DNA from: a virus
Taxonomy: Duplodnaviria > Heunggongvirae > Uroviricota > Caudoviricetes
Strand: one strand, 5' to 3'
IMG/VR virus record: IMGVR_UViG_2597489870_000004
DNA length: 45,587 bases
The translations under genes were made by a program, and so were the position numbers. This document shows positions 32,851 to 40,664 of this stretch, piece by piece. Numbering within the stretch: the first letter of the stretch is position 1; every line of letters starts with the position of its first letter. The notes beneath the pieces are model-generated. The model searched no databases. It was not told where the DNA came from and saw only the letters and a program-made list of their open reading frames with translations.

Positions 32851-33212
32851 TCACTCTCAATTTTGTAAATCTTCACGCCCAGCCGCCCCCCAGGAACGCG
32901 CTGACCGCGCACAATATTGATTTCATCAAACTGCTCGTCGTCTATGAGAAGTCCGGCATGCGTCAGCGCATCCAGTGGTGCTTTCAGGATATTGTCCAGG
33001 TCACGACGACGTTTATCCGGTGGCTCTGCAATAATCTTTATCGCCAGCCTTCCGGACAGGTTTAATTTCAGCCGCTGCTGGCGAACAATAAGCGCCACAT
33101 CACGGCGATAACGCTCACCGGCTTTTGATACAAAATATGTGCTGCCACGACGTCGCCAGTAAGTGTTCACCGTTGGCGGGTAAGGCAAAACAAATTCTAT
33201 GCGTTCAGTCAT
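32847..33212 (-). CDS. rusA: Holliday junction resolvase RusA
   Basis: 121 aa MTERIEFVLPYPPTVNTYWRRRGSTYFVSKAGERYRRD... with conserved DLDN acidic motif. Confidence 0.8.
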   Translation of the reverse strand: MTERIEFVLPYPPTVNTYWRRRGSTYFVSKAGERYRRDVALIVRQQRLKLNLSGRLAIKIIAEPPDKRRRDLDNILKAPLDALTHAGLLIDDEQFDEINIVRGQRVPGGRLGVKIYKIESE

Positions 33213-34271
33213 TCATGCTTTCCACTTCAGGACACCCGAATTTCTCGCGTGCATTAAAAAACGAATCAGCAACAACAGCTGGCTGCCGTGTTTTTCTTCA
33301 AAATCTTTTACCCCGGCGTGTAGTTCGCTATGGCATTTACGGCACAGCGGAATAACAAACAAATCATCAGCCTTTGTTCCCATCCCTCCCAGTCCATGAC
33401 CAATGATGTGATGCGGATCATCTGCCTGATTACCACACGTCATGCATTTCTGCGTTTTTACCCAGCGCGTGTATACAGGCATCTCTTCCCGTCGTGGTTT
33501 CTGGCGCTGGAGATACTGAGCCGGAGACTCCGGATCAACGGCGATGCTTACTAACGTCTTTTCCTGGAGTGGGGGCTGTTGCTGGTGGACGTGAAGTGGC
33601 AGCGCAATATTTTTTGTGCGCTGCTTCAGTATGCTGGTGGCAGTCTGTTCTCCCGGTACGATGTCACTCTCACGGTATACGGAGCGGATTTTTTCCACCG
33701 GTAATCCCAGTGAACGACACAATACAGACTCCGGAAGCGCATCAGCCACCTGATTGCAGACCGCCCACCAGGATAATTCGGCCAGCGATAACTCCCTCTC
33801 CTGCGTACCGCTGATTGCGTGACGGATGACGTCAATCATCCATGCTGACAAGTTTTGGTGAGCAAGTTGCTCAAGTGATTCTGAGGTCTGGTCACACAAC
33901 TGGTTGTCGCAGTGCCAGCACAACACCATTGCGCCGGTACCATAACGGTGAATGACGGTTTCACTGTGGTGATAATCACCGTGTGGCCACTGGCAGGATT
34001 TAATATGGCGCAACAGCCAGTCAGACAGTGCACCAGCGCCGCCAGCAGCACGAATCACACGCTCATTGCTGAAAAATGGCAGTAATGATTTATCCTCCGC
34101 CAGCGGCTGGCGAACGGCAGGGACGACTCCGGATGGCAGGCCGCACATGCTTTTCGGTTCCGGCTCCACCAGCACTCGAGGATTATGAAATATCTGTATG
34201 GATTCACGGCCCGGCTTAAGGACCACCAGCCCAAGCTCAGGCACCAGAACAGGTCTAAGTAATACCCGCAC
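33213..34271 (-). CDS. DUF968-like prophage protein with C-terminal HNH-type Cys/His zinc motif
   Basis: 352 aa; C-terminus CMTCGNQADDPHHIIGHGLGGMGTKADDLFVIPLCRKCHSELH; position equivalent to ydfU of the Qin prophage. Confidence 0.6.
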   Translation of the reverse strand: MRVLLRPVLVPELGLVVLKPGRESIQIFHNPRVLVEPEPKSMCGLPSGVVPAVRQPLAEDKSLLPFFSNERVIRAAGGAGALSDWLLRHIKSCQWPHGDYHHSETVIHRYGTGAMVLCWHCDNQLCDQTSESLEQLAHQNLSAWMIDVIRHAISGTQERELSLAELSWWAVCNQVADALPESVLCRSLGLPVEKIRSVYRESDIVPGEQTATSILKQRTKNIALPLHVHQQQPPLQEKTLVSIAVDPESPAQYLQRQKPRREEMPVYTRWVKTQKCMTCGNQADDPHHIIGHGLGGMGTKADDLFVIPLCRKCHSELHAGVKDFEEKHGSQLLLLIRFLMHARNSGVLKWKA

Positions 34272-34272
34272 G

Positions 34273-34545
34273 TTACCTCCAGATCCGTTGCTGGAAAGTG
34301 CGGGACGGACGTGGTGGGCGTTCGGAATAAGGCAGCCTGACAGAGATTATCCAGTGCCGATAGTCGAGACTGAGAGCTTTCTTAACCTCGAACCCGCGCC
34401 TGCGGTAAGAATGAATCAGCCATTCGGCCTGTTCTTCAGTACATGGTGGGTGTTGGTACCAGTCGGTTTTAAATGCGTGTGAACGCCGCTCATGCCGGAT
34501 GGCAAGGTCGGTATCAGAATTGTGAAATTTGGTTTTGTGCGCCAT
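34273..34545 (-). CDS. Hypothetical protein (position of rem in Qin-like prophages)
   Basis: 90-aa ORF between hok and the DUF968 gene. Confidence 0.45.
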   Translation of the reverse strand: MAHKTKFHNSDTDLAIRHERRSHAFKTDWYQHPPCTEEQAEWLIHSYRRRGFEVKKALSLDYRHWIISVRLPYSERPPRPSRTFQQRIWR

Positions 34546-34615
34546 CTGTTTTCTCTGCTGGCGCAGCAGGTGTCAGGTGTTCAGGCTGACGTGCGAATTG
34601 TAAACCAGAATGCCA

Positions 34616-34644
34616 GGAAAAAACAAAACCCGCCGAAGCGGGTT
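34616..34644 (-). terminator. Rho-independent terminator at 3' end of hok transcript
   Basis: Hairpin aacccgccgaagcgggtt followed on the minus strand by TTTTGTTTTTT. Confidence 0.65.
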
Positions 34645-34712
34645 AAGTGCGGGTGCGTTGAGGATGCCTGACACATCAGAGGTGGCGAGGGATTTCTCCC
34701 CCGCCAGGTCTC

Positions 34713-34868
34713 TTACTCCTCAGGTTCGTAAGCTGTGAAGACAGCGACCTCCGTCTGGCCGGTTCGGATTCGTACCTCGCAGAGGTCTTTCCTCGTTACC
34801 AGTGCCGTCACTATGACGGTTAAACAGATGACGATCAGGGCGATTAACATCGCCTTTTGCTGCTTCAT
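34713..34868 (-). CDS. hok: Hok/Gef family type I toxin (51 aa)
   Basis: Translation MKQQKAMLIALIVICLTVIVTALVTRKDLCEVRIRTGQTEVAVFTAYEPEE, matching the remembered HokD/RelF sequence; below ORF-track cutoff, found by manual translation. Confidence 0.85.
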   Translation of the reverse strand: MKQQKAMLIALIVICLTVIVTALVTRKDLCEVRIRTGQTEVAVFTAYEPEE

Positions 34869-35126
34869 AGCCTGCTTCTCCTTGACCTTTCGGTCCGTAA
34901 GAGGCTAATCTCTATGTGTCGCATAGATATGGCCTCAGATTAATGTTAAGCGTCTTGCAGGACGCGTAATGTTAACTGGGGCTTTTCTCTATCTGCCTTT
35001 TGGTGTTCATGCCTGAGACAGATAGCCTCAAGCACCCGCAGTCATTCTACTTAACTAAGATTTCCCCGCAAACCGTTTTTGTCCGGCACAGTAAATATCC
35101 AACTAAACCAATGGCGTTCGCTGTAT

Positions 35127-35306
35127 TTACCGCCAGTATTCAATGCACATGACCGCCATGAACACCCCTAAAAAAAGGGCATTTATATATCCAAATATTA
35201 ATATCAAAACATCAACTTTTTCCATATACCTTGCTGTGAAGATGATGGGCATACATGATACGAACAACCAAAACGCAACAAACAAAAACTGCAATGCGTT
35301 TTTCAT
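35127..35306 (-). CDS. Small two-TM membrane protein (59 aa), AT-rich codon usage
   Basis: Start at ATG 35306 preceded by GGAGGA; MKNALQFLFVAFWLFVSCMPIIFTARYMEKVDVLILIFGYINALFLGVFMAVMCIEYWR. Confidence 0.55.
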   Translation of the reverse strand: MKNALQFLFVAFWLFVSCMPIIFTARYMEKVDVLILIFGYINALFLGVFMAVMCIEYWR

Positions 35307-35535
35307 TATTCCTCCTACAATCAATGTGCAATTACATTTAAACACACCTCAATTTGGCCGGACATATAAATATCTAAACCAGAAAAAATCACTTACATAG
35401 CGTTACAAACTCTTTAGTCTAAATATTCATCGTAAAACATTCCCCATACTTATCAGCCCGTTCTGCGCTAGGTAGCTCATTGCCTTATCTGGGAATCTGT
35501 AATCAGGTTTCCGGATGCTGGTGGATTTTCGCGTT

Positions 35536-35793
35536 TTAGTTGTTCATAAAAGTGCACAGCTTTAACCAGTTCTTCTGATGTAACCGGGACTGGCGGGGCA
35601 GTGAATAAGGCCTGAATTTCATAGTTCGGCCTGTCGTTACAATCCTCTTTTTTCGGTACATATTTCCAGTCACCAGACCACTACTTCCCCTGAAAGTCCG
35701 TAACGCCTTTTTTTTCACGTAGCGATATCGCCATGCCACTGTTTTTGCTTGCCCCGCCGTTTCATGCCCTTCCTGATAATTAACCTCGCTCAT
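35536..35793 (-). CDS. Hypothetical basic protein (85 aa), coding status uncertain
   Basis: ATG overlaps the stop of the upstream 58-aa ORF (ATGA); composition is R/K-rich and an alternative overlapping frame looks more protein-like. Confidence 0.3.
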   Translation of the reverse strand: MSEVNYQEGHETAGQAKTVAWRYRYVKKKALRTFRGSSGLVTGNMYRKKRIVTTGRTMKFRPYSLPRQSRLHQKNWLKLCTFMNN

Positions 35794-35966
35794 TCATCGC
35801 CCCACTCATCACAATATGCTTCGACCGGAGTTTTTCCTGCTTCATAATCATCACGCCATGCTTCAGCATCAGCAGCACTGCCACCACGTAACTCTGCATA
35901 GTCCATTAACAGTTCATGCCATTCTTCAAAACTGACGTTGTATTTAGTTGAACCAAAATCAGCCAT
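35790..35966 (-). CDS. Hypothetical small acidic protein (58 aa)
   Basis: MADFGSTKYNVSFEEWHELLMDYAELRGGSAADAEAWRDDYEAGKTPVEAYCDEWGDE; start overlaps stop of the upstream acidic ORF. Confidence 0.5.
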   Translation of the reverse strand: MADFGSTKYNVSFEEWHELLMDYAELRGGSAADAEAWRDDYEAGKTPVEAYCDEWGDE

Positions 35967-36141
35967 TTTGTTCTTCCTCTTCGTCTTTTATTTCGTGATA
36001 TGAGTAATTGCAGTAGTTAAAGAAAATATCTTTTTCTTCGTCATGTATTTCATCAGGCATCGCATCATCATCCACTTCGAATTCATCCTCGAAATCTCCA
36101 CCGGCTATTCCCGTTTCAATAATTATTTTAAACTTTCGCAT
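35959..36141 (-). CDS. Hypothetical highly acidic small protein (60 aa)
   Basis: MRKFKIIIETGIAGGDFEDEFEVDDDAMPDEIHDEEKDIFFNYCNYSYHEIKDEEEEQNG; AT-rich; first of three coupled small ORFs. Confidence 0.5.
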   Translation of the reverse strand: MRKFKIIIETGIAGGDFEDEFEVDDDAMPDEIHDEEKDIFFNYCNYSYHEIKDEEEEQNG

Positions 36142-36234
36142 TTAACTACCGCCCTTTCGGGCGGCCTCCTGATGTTCTGAGGGTGCAGAAATCCCTCCGG
36201 TTAAGGATTAAATTTTTAACAGAGCTAAATTTAA

Positions 36235-36591
36235 TTATTCAGTTCTGGATTTTGTCGCCCTGCGTATCCGCGCTTTCGCGTTACGCTCAATCTGAATTAG
36301 CTTTTCTATATTTTTTCGCCTTTCCCGCTCCTCCTGACGCAAGAGCCTTACATCATCTGCCAGTCTGGTTTCTCTTTTCGCCACAGAGAGCATCCAGTCA
36401 AATGGCTCCACAACTGCACCGCAGATTTTACAGCGGACCTGACGCTCTTTTTCGTCAACCCGGACAGAGGCGTGATGACAATATGGTCTTTCCGATGGCT
36501 CATAAAGAAAATTAACCTGATTACGAGGGTCATCCTCTTTTACCGGAAATAAAACGATATTGCTTAACTCATCCTCTGGTTTTATTTCCAT
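36235..36591 (-). CDS. Hypothetical protein with CxxC/HH zinc-ribbon-like motif
   Basis: 118 codons from ATG 36591 with AGGAGAGGAG Shine-Dalgarno; maximal ORF to 36648. Confidence 0.55.
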   Translation of the reverse strand: MEIKPEDELSNIVLFPVKEDDPRNQVNFLYEPSERPYCHHASVRVDEKERQVRCKICGAVVEPFDWMLSVAKRETRLADDVRLLRQEERERRKNIEKLIQIERNAKARIRRATKSRTE

Positions 36592-36648
36592 GCTCCTCTC
36601 CTTTGATGCGAATGCCAGCGGTAATTGAAGCCTGATAGCTAATTTCAC

Positions 36649-37071
36649 TCACAGTACCGCCTCCTGAAAATTACCCTGATAGAAAGCCAGTACACGCTGC
36701 ATAGCTTCACTCTTCCGGCACTCGCGACAGATTATGTTTAGGCGACTGTCGTAGCGACGTATTTCTCCGTCAGGTAACGACCAGATAAGGTCCGGATCAA
36801 CCACAACCGGTTTCTTCAGCTTTGCCCTCGATAATTTTTTGCGGGCATTTTGCCAGTCTTTACGAGCCTGTTCAGACGGGAATAACCCGTAGCCAGAATT
36901 GTATACATCGCCACTGGCAACCAGCTCTCTGGCCAGAACGCTCATCAGATATCTTGTTGCCCCAGTTTTAGCTTCCAGTTGTCGTAACGTCTCGCGCCCA
37001 CTCTGGCGTACGAGTTCAAGAACCTGTCCTTTAATTTTTTCCCGCTCTTCTTGTGTAAAAACTTTTGCCAC
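36649..37071 (-). CDS. Hypothetical protein (140 aa), GTG start
   Basis: ORF downstream of the replication initiator; GGAGGG before GTG. Confidence 0.5.
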   Translation of the reverse strand: MAKVFTQEEREKIKGQVLELVRQSGRETLRQLEAKTGATRYLMSVLARELVASGDVYNSGYGLFPSEQARKDWQNARKKLSRAKLKKPVVVDPDLIWSLPDGEIRRYDSRLNIICRECRKSEAMQRVLAFYQGNFQEAVL

Positions 37072-37111
37072 AAGCCCTCCTGAAAATTACCTCATGACCA
37101 GAAATTAACAC

Positions 37112-38182
37112 TTACCCCCTGAAGCCCGGCGGAATTTCGTTATCCGGTTCAGAAATATGATTCACACAACGCTGGTTGTTCGTGCCGCTTACCGGGAGCA
37201 GCCAGGGGTTTTCAAAATTCCGGTCCGGTCCAAAAAACGTCGTCGCTCGCTGAACAAATTCCGTTCCCGTTTTCCCGGTAGCCGCAAGGTATCTTGCGTA
37301 ACGCCTCACGCCATCCAGCATGGCCTCTGGTGGCACCCCCTCGCGTAATCTGGCTTTCCAGGCACTGAAAGCGGATTTCTTCGGGTTTGCCCCGGCACGC
37401 AACGGGTATTCCCGCCAGACCTGTTCGAACACATCAGGATAATCCACTCGTCCCACAGGCTGCCCGGTGTTTTCCGGGACTACCCGATCGGCTTCCCGCT
37501 GAATGGCGGAATCGGCTTCAGGCTGCTGAAGTTGGTGTGATTGCTCCTGCCTTGCGGTCATCACCTGCTGCACAGCGCCCGAATCGGCTTTCAGCGCATA
37601 CGCTGAATCGGCTTCCGGTGTCGTGCCTGCGGGCTGGCCAGGAGTGACGGTCTGAACATCCCCTGCCTGGTTCGTGGCGTTTTTTACGCCATGGACCATA
37701 GTGTTTTGATCTTCTTGATCTGTATCTTTATCTGTATCTTTATCTGTCGTGACTCGTCGTGACATGTGCGTGACATTTCGTGACTCGCCGTGACAATCGC
37801 CATTTTGTTCCCGCTTTCTTTCCCTCTCTCGCTGCGCCCTCTTGCGCTCTGCCGGAGATTTTGCGGTTTGCAAAATATTGCCGTTGTCCTCTTTCAGCAC
37901 CTGGCGTTTTTCCCATCCAGTGATTAAATCACCATCAAGTACCCGCCCCTGCATCGTCTGCAAAATTGAATCAATTACCTCTTCTGTCACGTCGAGCGCA
38001 CTTGCCAAATCTTCTGTCGTGACATCAATGTGACCTCGCGTGACATTTCGTGACGCGCTCACCAGGAGGTGGATATACACTGCCATCACTGTTGCAATTG
38101 GCTGCCCTGACACCCTGGCAATTGTTCGCCACTTAGGGTCATTTGGCATGTCATGCCATAATCTGAGCCAGGCGTTAGCCAT
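37112..38182 (-). CDS. Replication initiation protein (O-like, iteron-containing)
   Basis: 356 codons from ATG 38182 (GAGGTG upstream); gene contains two clusters of CGTGAC repeats and an adjacent AT-rich tract, as in lambda O/ori. Confidence 0.6.
   Translation of the reverse strand: MANAWLRLWHDMPNDPKWRTIARVSGQPIATVMAVYIHLLVSASRNVTRGHIDVTTEDLASALDVTEEVIDSILQTMQGRVLDGDLITGWEKRQVLKEDNGNILQTAKSPAERKRAQRERERKREQNGDCHGESRNVTHMSRRVTTDKDTDKDTDQEDQNTMVHGVKNATNQAGDVQTVTPGQPAGTTPEADSAYALKADSGAVQQVMTARQEQSHQLQQPEADSAIQREADRVVPENTGQPVGRVDYPDVFEQVWREYPLRAGANPKKSAFSAWKARLREGVPPEAMLDGVRRYARYLAATGKTGTEFVQRATTFFGPDRNFENPWLLPVSGTNNQRCVNHISEPDNEIPPGFRG
37708..37800. repeat. Putative replication origin: five CGTGAC iterons at helical-turn spacing plus adjacent AT-rich tract
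   Basis: cgtgac at 37748, 37758, 37769, 37779, 37790; AT-rich gatcttcttgatctgtatctttatctgtatctttatctgt at 37708-37746. Confidence 0.55.
37986..38056. repeat. Second cluster of (C/T)GTGAC iterons near the 5' end of the initiator gene
   Basis: cgtgac/tgtgac at 38019, 38030, 38040, 38050 plus inverted gtcacg at 37986; shares the 17-mer gcgtgacatttcgtgac with cluster 1. Confidence 0.5.
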
Positions 38183-38253
38183 ACTCACCTCTTCTGATAC
38201 CGAATCTTTTTACTCACGAGTTGCCGGAAGCGATTCGATATGGCTATTGTCAG

Positions 38254-38679
38254 TCAATGTACTGCCACAGCATTTCCTGCCGGGCCACCACGGTTCATCT
38301 GATTGAAACCGGCGATTGCCACTGCGACAAAATCATCAGCGTCTCTCACCAGTCGCTCCCGCGTCTCCACCAGCTCCCGAAAATAAGCTGAACTGTGGCT
38401 GCGCATTCTGGCCACCAGCAAAGGTGGCATTGCCTTTTCGATCGCTGGTAACAACGCCTGAATTTTTTCAACTGCATCAGGGGTGTCTTTCTCTACCCAG
38501 CGGAAAATTTTCTGGGTATTGCGAGCCAGGGCTTCCGGATGGCTGTCGTCATACAGTTCCGGGAACGTCATTCCCAGCTCGAAATACGCTTTGGTAATTT
38601 TCGCAGCCGGTACTTTTTCGCCGTCCGGATGCGCCCAGGCATTCATCGCCATGCGGATGTGTTCATGCTTGATTTTCAT
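38254..38679 (-). CDS. YdaT-like protein (CII-position early regulator candidate)
   Basis: 141 codons from ATG 38679 with AAGGAGGG Shine-Dalgarno; MKIKHEHIRMAMNAWAHPDGEKVPAAKITKAYFELG...; directly downstream of cro-like gene. Confidence 0.5.
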   Translation of the reverse strand: MKIKHEHIRMAMNAWAHPDGEKVPAAKITKAYFELGMTFPELYDDSHPEALARNTQKIFRWVEKDTPDAVEKIQALLPAIEKAMPPLLVARMRSHSSAYFRELVETRERLVRDADDFVAVAIAGFNQMNRGGPAGNAVAVH

Positions 38680-38905
38680 GAATCCCTCCTTGGTTAGAAG
38701 GCGGATTATGATCAGAACCGGGAATGACAACCGTCGGTATGTGTAACTCATATTTGAGCGCCCCGGCAGTGACTGCCTGAATTAGCAACGCCCATTTCCA
38801 CGGAACCTCTTCCCCCCACATGCTGACTGTGGTTTTTGACGTTCCTAGAGCTGCGGCTGTTTTAACAACTCCGCCAAAATAGCCTAATACTTCTGATTTT
38901 TTCAT
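38663..38905 (-). CDS. Cro-like HTH repressor (YdaS-like)
   Basis: 80 codons from ATG 38905; MKKSEVLGYFGGVVKTAAALGTSKTTVSMWGEEVPWKW... HTH; divergent from cI-like gene. Confidence 0.6.
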   Translation of the reverse strand: MKKSEVLGYFGGVVKTAAALGTSKTTVSMWGEEVPWKWALLIQAVTAGALKYELHIPTVVIPGSDHNPPSNQGGIHENQA

Positions 38906-38932
38906 GAGTCGCTCCATAAAACTGAACGTCAA

Positions 38933-38997
38933 AAGTTTAATAATCAAAACCAAAGAAAGTCAAGAAACAAAACCATCTGTGTTTTAAAATCAAAACA
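38933..38997. promoter_or_regulatory. Right operator/promoter region between cI-like and cro-like genes
   Basis: Palindrome TGTTTTaaaatcAAAACA at 38980-38997 (overlaps cI ATG) and degenerate copy AGTTTAataatcAAAACC at 38933-38950. Confidence 0.5.
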
Positions 38998-39635
38998 TGA
39001 GCAAGCAAACTATATCTGAACGCATAACCCAACGTATGCATGCGCTAAACCTGAAAGGCAAAGACCTTGTCAATGGCACTGGCGCATCAAAAGGCTCCGT
39101 AAGTCAATGGATGAACGGTGGAGGAGCGCCGTCCTCGCGTTACATAAGTTCACTGGCAAAAATATTGAAAGTAAACGAAAATTGGCTTCTTAATGGAGGA
39201 GAGTTAAATACAGGTGATTCGCTTGATCTATCTTTACCGCCGATAAAAACGGTTCCGCTACTATCACTTCAGCAGGCAGCAAGCTGGAGTGATTATATGA
39301 AAAATTCCTCAATAACCTCTTGTGTGCAGCTTGTCGGAGAAATCCCGGTCAATACCTTTGCAGTTGTTCTAGAGAGTGACAGTATGTCAACATCTGGTGG
39401 GGGAGTTTCCATCCCAAATGGTTCAACAGTTTTTGTTGATCCCGATCGAACCGTACAACCAGGAAATATTGTCCTTGCCTTACCCAAAGGGACCACAACA
39501 CCTGTCATTCGTAAACTGGAGATAGAAGGGCCGGATATTCTTTTAGTCCCCACGAATCCTCGCTACCCTTCAATTATGCTGGATGATCTATCTTGCATAT
39601 TGGGCGTATGCTTTAAAATTCAACAAGATATTTAA
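38997..39635 (+). CDS. CI-type prophage repressor (N-terminal HTH, C-terminal S24 LexA-like peptidase)
   Basis: 212 aa; HTH segment (SKGSVSQWMNGGGAPSSRYISSLAKIL) and C-terminal autoproteolysis-type domain. Confidence 0.8.
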   Translation: MSKQTISERITQRMHALNLKGKDLVNGTGASKGSVSQWMNGGGAPSSRYISSLAKILKVNENWLLNGGELNTGDSLDLSLPPIKTVPLLSLQQAASWSDYMKNSSITSCVQLVGEIPVNTFAVVLESDSMSTSGGGVSIPNGSTVFVDPDRTVQPGNIVLALPKGTTTPVIRKLEIEGPDILLVPTNPRYPSIMLDDLSCILGVCFKIQQDI

Positions 39636-39701
39636 CCAACCTCATCTATTTGATTAACTGTATGCCATCGTGGTGATGGCTTAACAGCTGCCTGCTTAAA
39701 A

Positions 39702-39748
39702 TGTTTTGATAAAAAAACATTGACCTAAAAAGTTCGTTTTTCTAAACT
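39702..39748 (+). promoter_or_regulatory. PL-like promoter with overlapping operator
   Basis: Operator TGTTTTgataaaAAAACA (39702-39719) abutting -35 TTGACC (39720-39725), 17-nt spacer, -10 TAAACT (39743-39748). Confidence 0.5.
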
Positions 39749-39927
39749 TCATTCATTCCCTCACCCCATCCTACAGAATGCAGGGCAATACTTCGAGTTA
39801 CCAGGCAGTGGTCAGGGGTTAAGTAGCCAGCCCGAGGCGTAAGAACATGACGGCAGGGTTCAACTTTAATAACTATGCAGCAGGTTTTTGTTCCGCTACC
39901 CCGGCGTTAAGGGGAAATGAGGTCAGC

Positions 39928-40080
39928 ATGGATACTATCGATCTTGGCAACAACGAATCTCTGGTGTACGGCGTGTTTCCAAACCAGGACGGCACGTTTA
40001 CCGCGATGGCGTATACCAGAAGCAAAACGTTTAAAACTGAAGCTGGCGCGCGTCGCTGGTTAACCAGAAACACTGACTGA
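39928..40080 (+). CDS. ydfA: DUF1391 small protein (YdfA-like)
   Basis: 50 codons from internal ATG with GAGG upstream; MDTIDLGNNESLVYGVFPNQDGTFTAMAYTRSKTFKTEAGARRWLTRNTD resembles remembered YdfA. Confidence 0.6.
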   Translation: MDTIDLGNNESLVYGVFPNQDGTFTAMAYTRSKTFKTEAGARRWLTRNTD

Positions 40081-40421
40081 TGAGGTTGACGATGGAATTT
40101 AAAGATTTACCAGTACCATTCCAGGAAATGGCATCGAATGTGGTTCGCTCTCAACTGGCGACTCTTGACCTGAGTACCGTAGAAAAAGAAACCATCGACA
40201 ATATATCCGGTAACGTACGCCGAGCCTTTATCGGGCTGTACGAAGAGAAGCAGCTCTCTGATAACCAGGATTTACATGAAAAATACTTTCTGGAATTAAT
40301 GGACATCATTGATAAGGGGTTTGGCTTGTTAATAAAAAAGAAAGGGATTCGAATAGAACCCCTTGAAAATTACCTTGCAACAAAAAGCATTAATTCTTTT
40401 GATTCAAAACAAGAGAATTAA
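40080..40421 (+). CDS. Hypothetical protein (YdfB/YdfC position); start may be ATG at 40092
   Basis: 113-codon ORF following ydfA-like gene in same operon. Confidence 0.5.
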   Translation: MRLTMEFKDLPVPFQEMASNVVRSQLATLDLSTVEKETIDNISGNVRRAFIGLYEEKQLSDNQDLHEKYFLELMDIIDKGFGLLIKKKGIRIEPLENYLATKSINSFDSKQEN

Positions 40422-40664
40422 TTACAGATTTAACATGCTCTTTCTCATGATTGAAGCTCTCATGATTGAAAGTGCCTGGTTGAAGCGAGTCGATATAATC
40501 AACAAGACTCTGTCGTACGACTTCATTTTTATCCATTACAGATGCAAGAAATGAAATTGCTAAAAGAGTTATATCACTACGCGCCGCAGCATGCTGCAAT
40601 GCTTTATCAAAATTATTAATCTGGCGTATCAGGGAGTTAATGATTTCATCATTTTCAGTCGACA
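40390..40664 (-). CDS. Hypothetical protein encoded antisense to the early-left operon
   Basis: 91 codons from ATG 40664 preceded by AGGAGGGTG at 5-nt spacing; contains tandem SFNHE duplication; 3' end overlaps the convergent plus-strand ORF. Confidence 0.45.

Noticed and set aside
37708-38056. CGTGAC repeat clusters considered as a CRISPR or mobile-element terminus
   Set aside because: 6-bp core at helical-turn spacing inside a replication initiator gene next to an AT-rich tract is the classic iteron/ori arrangement.
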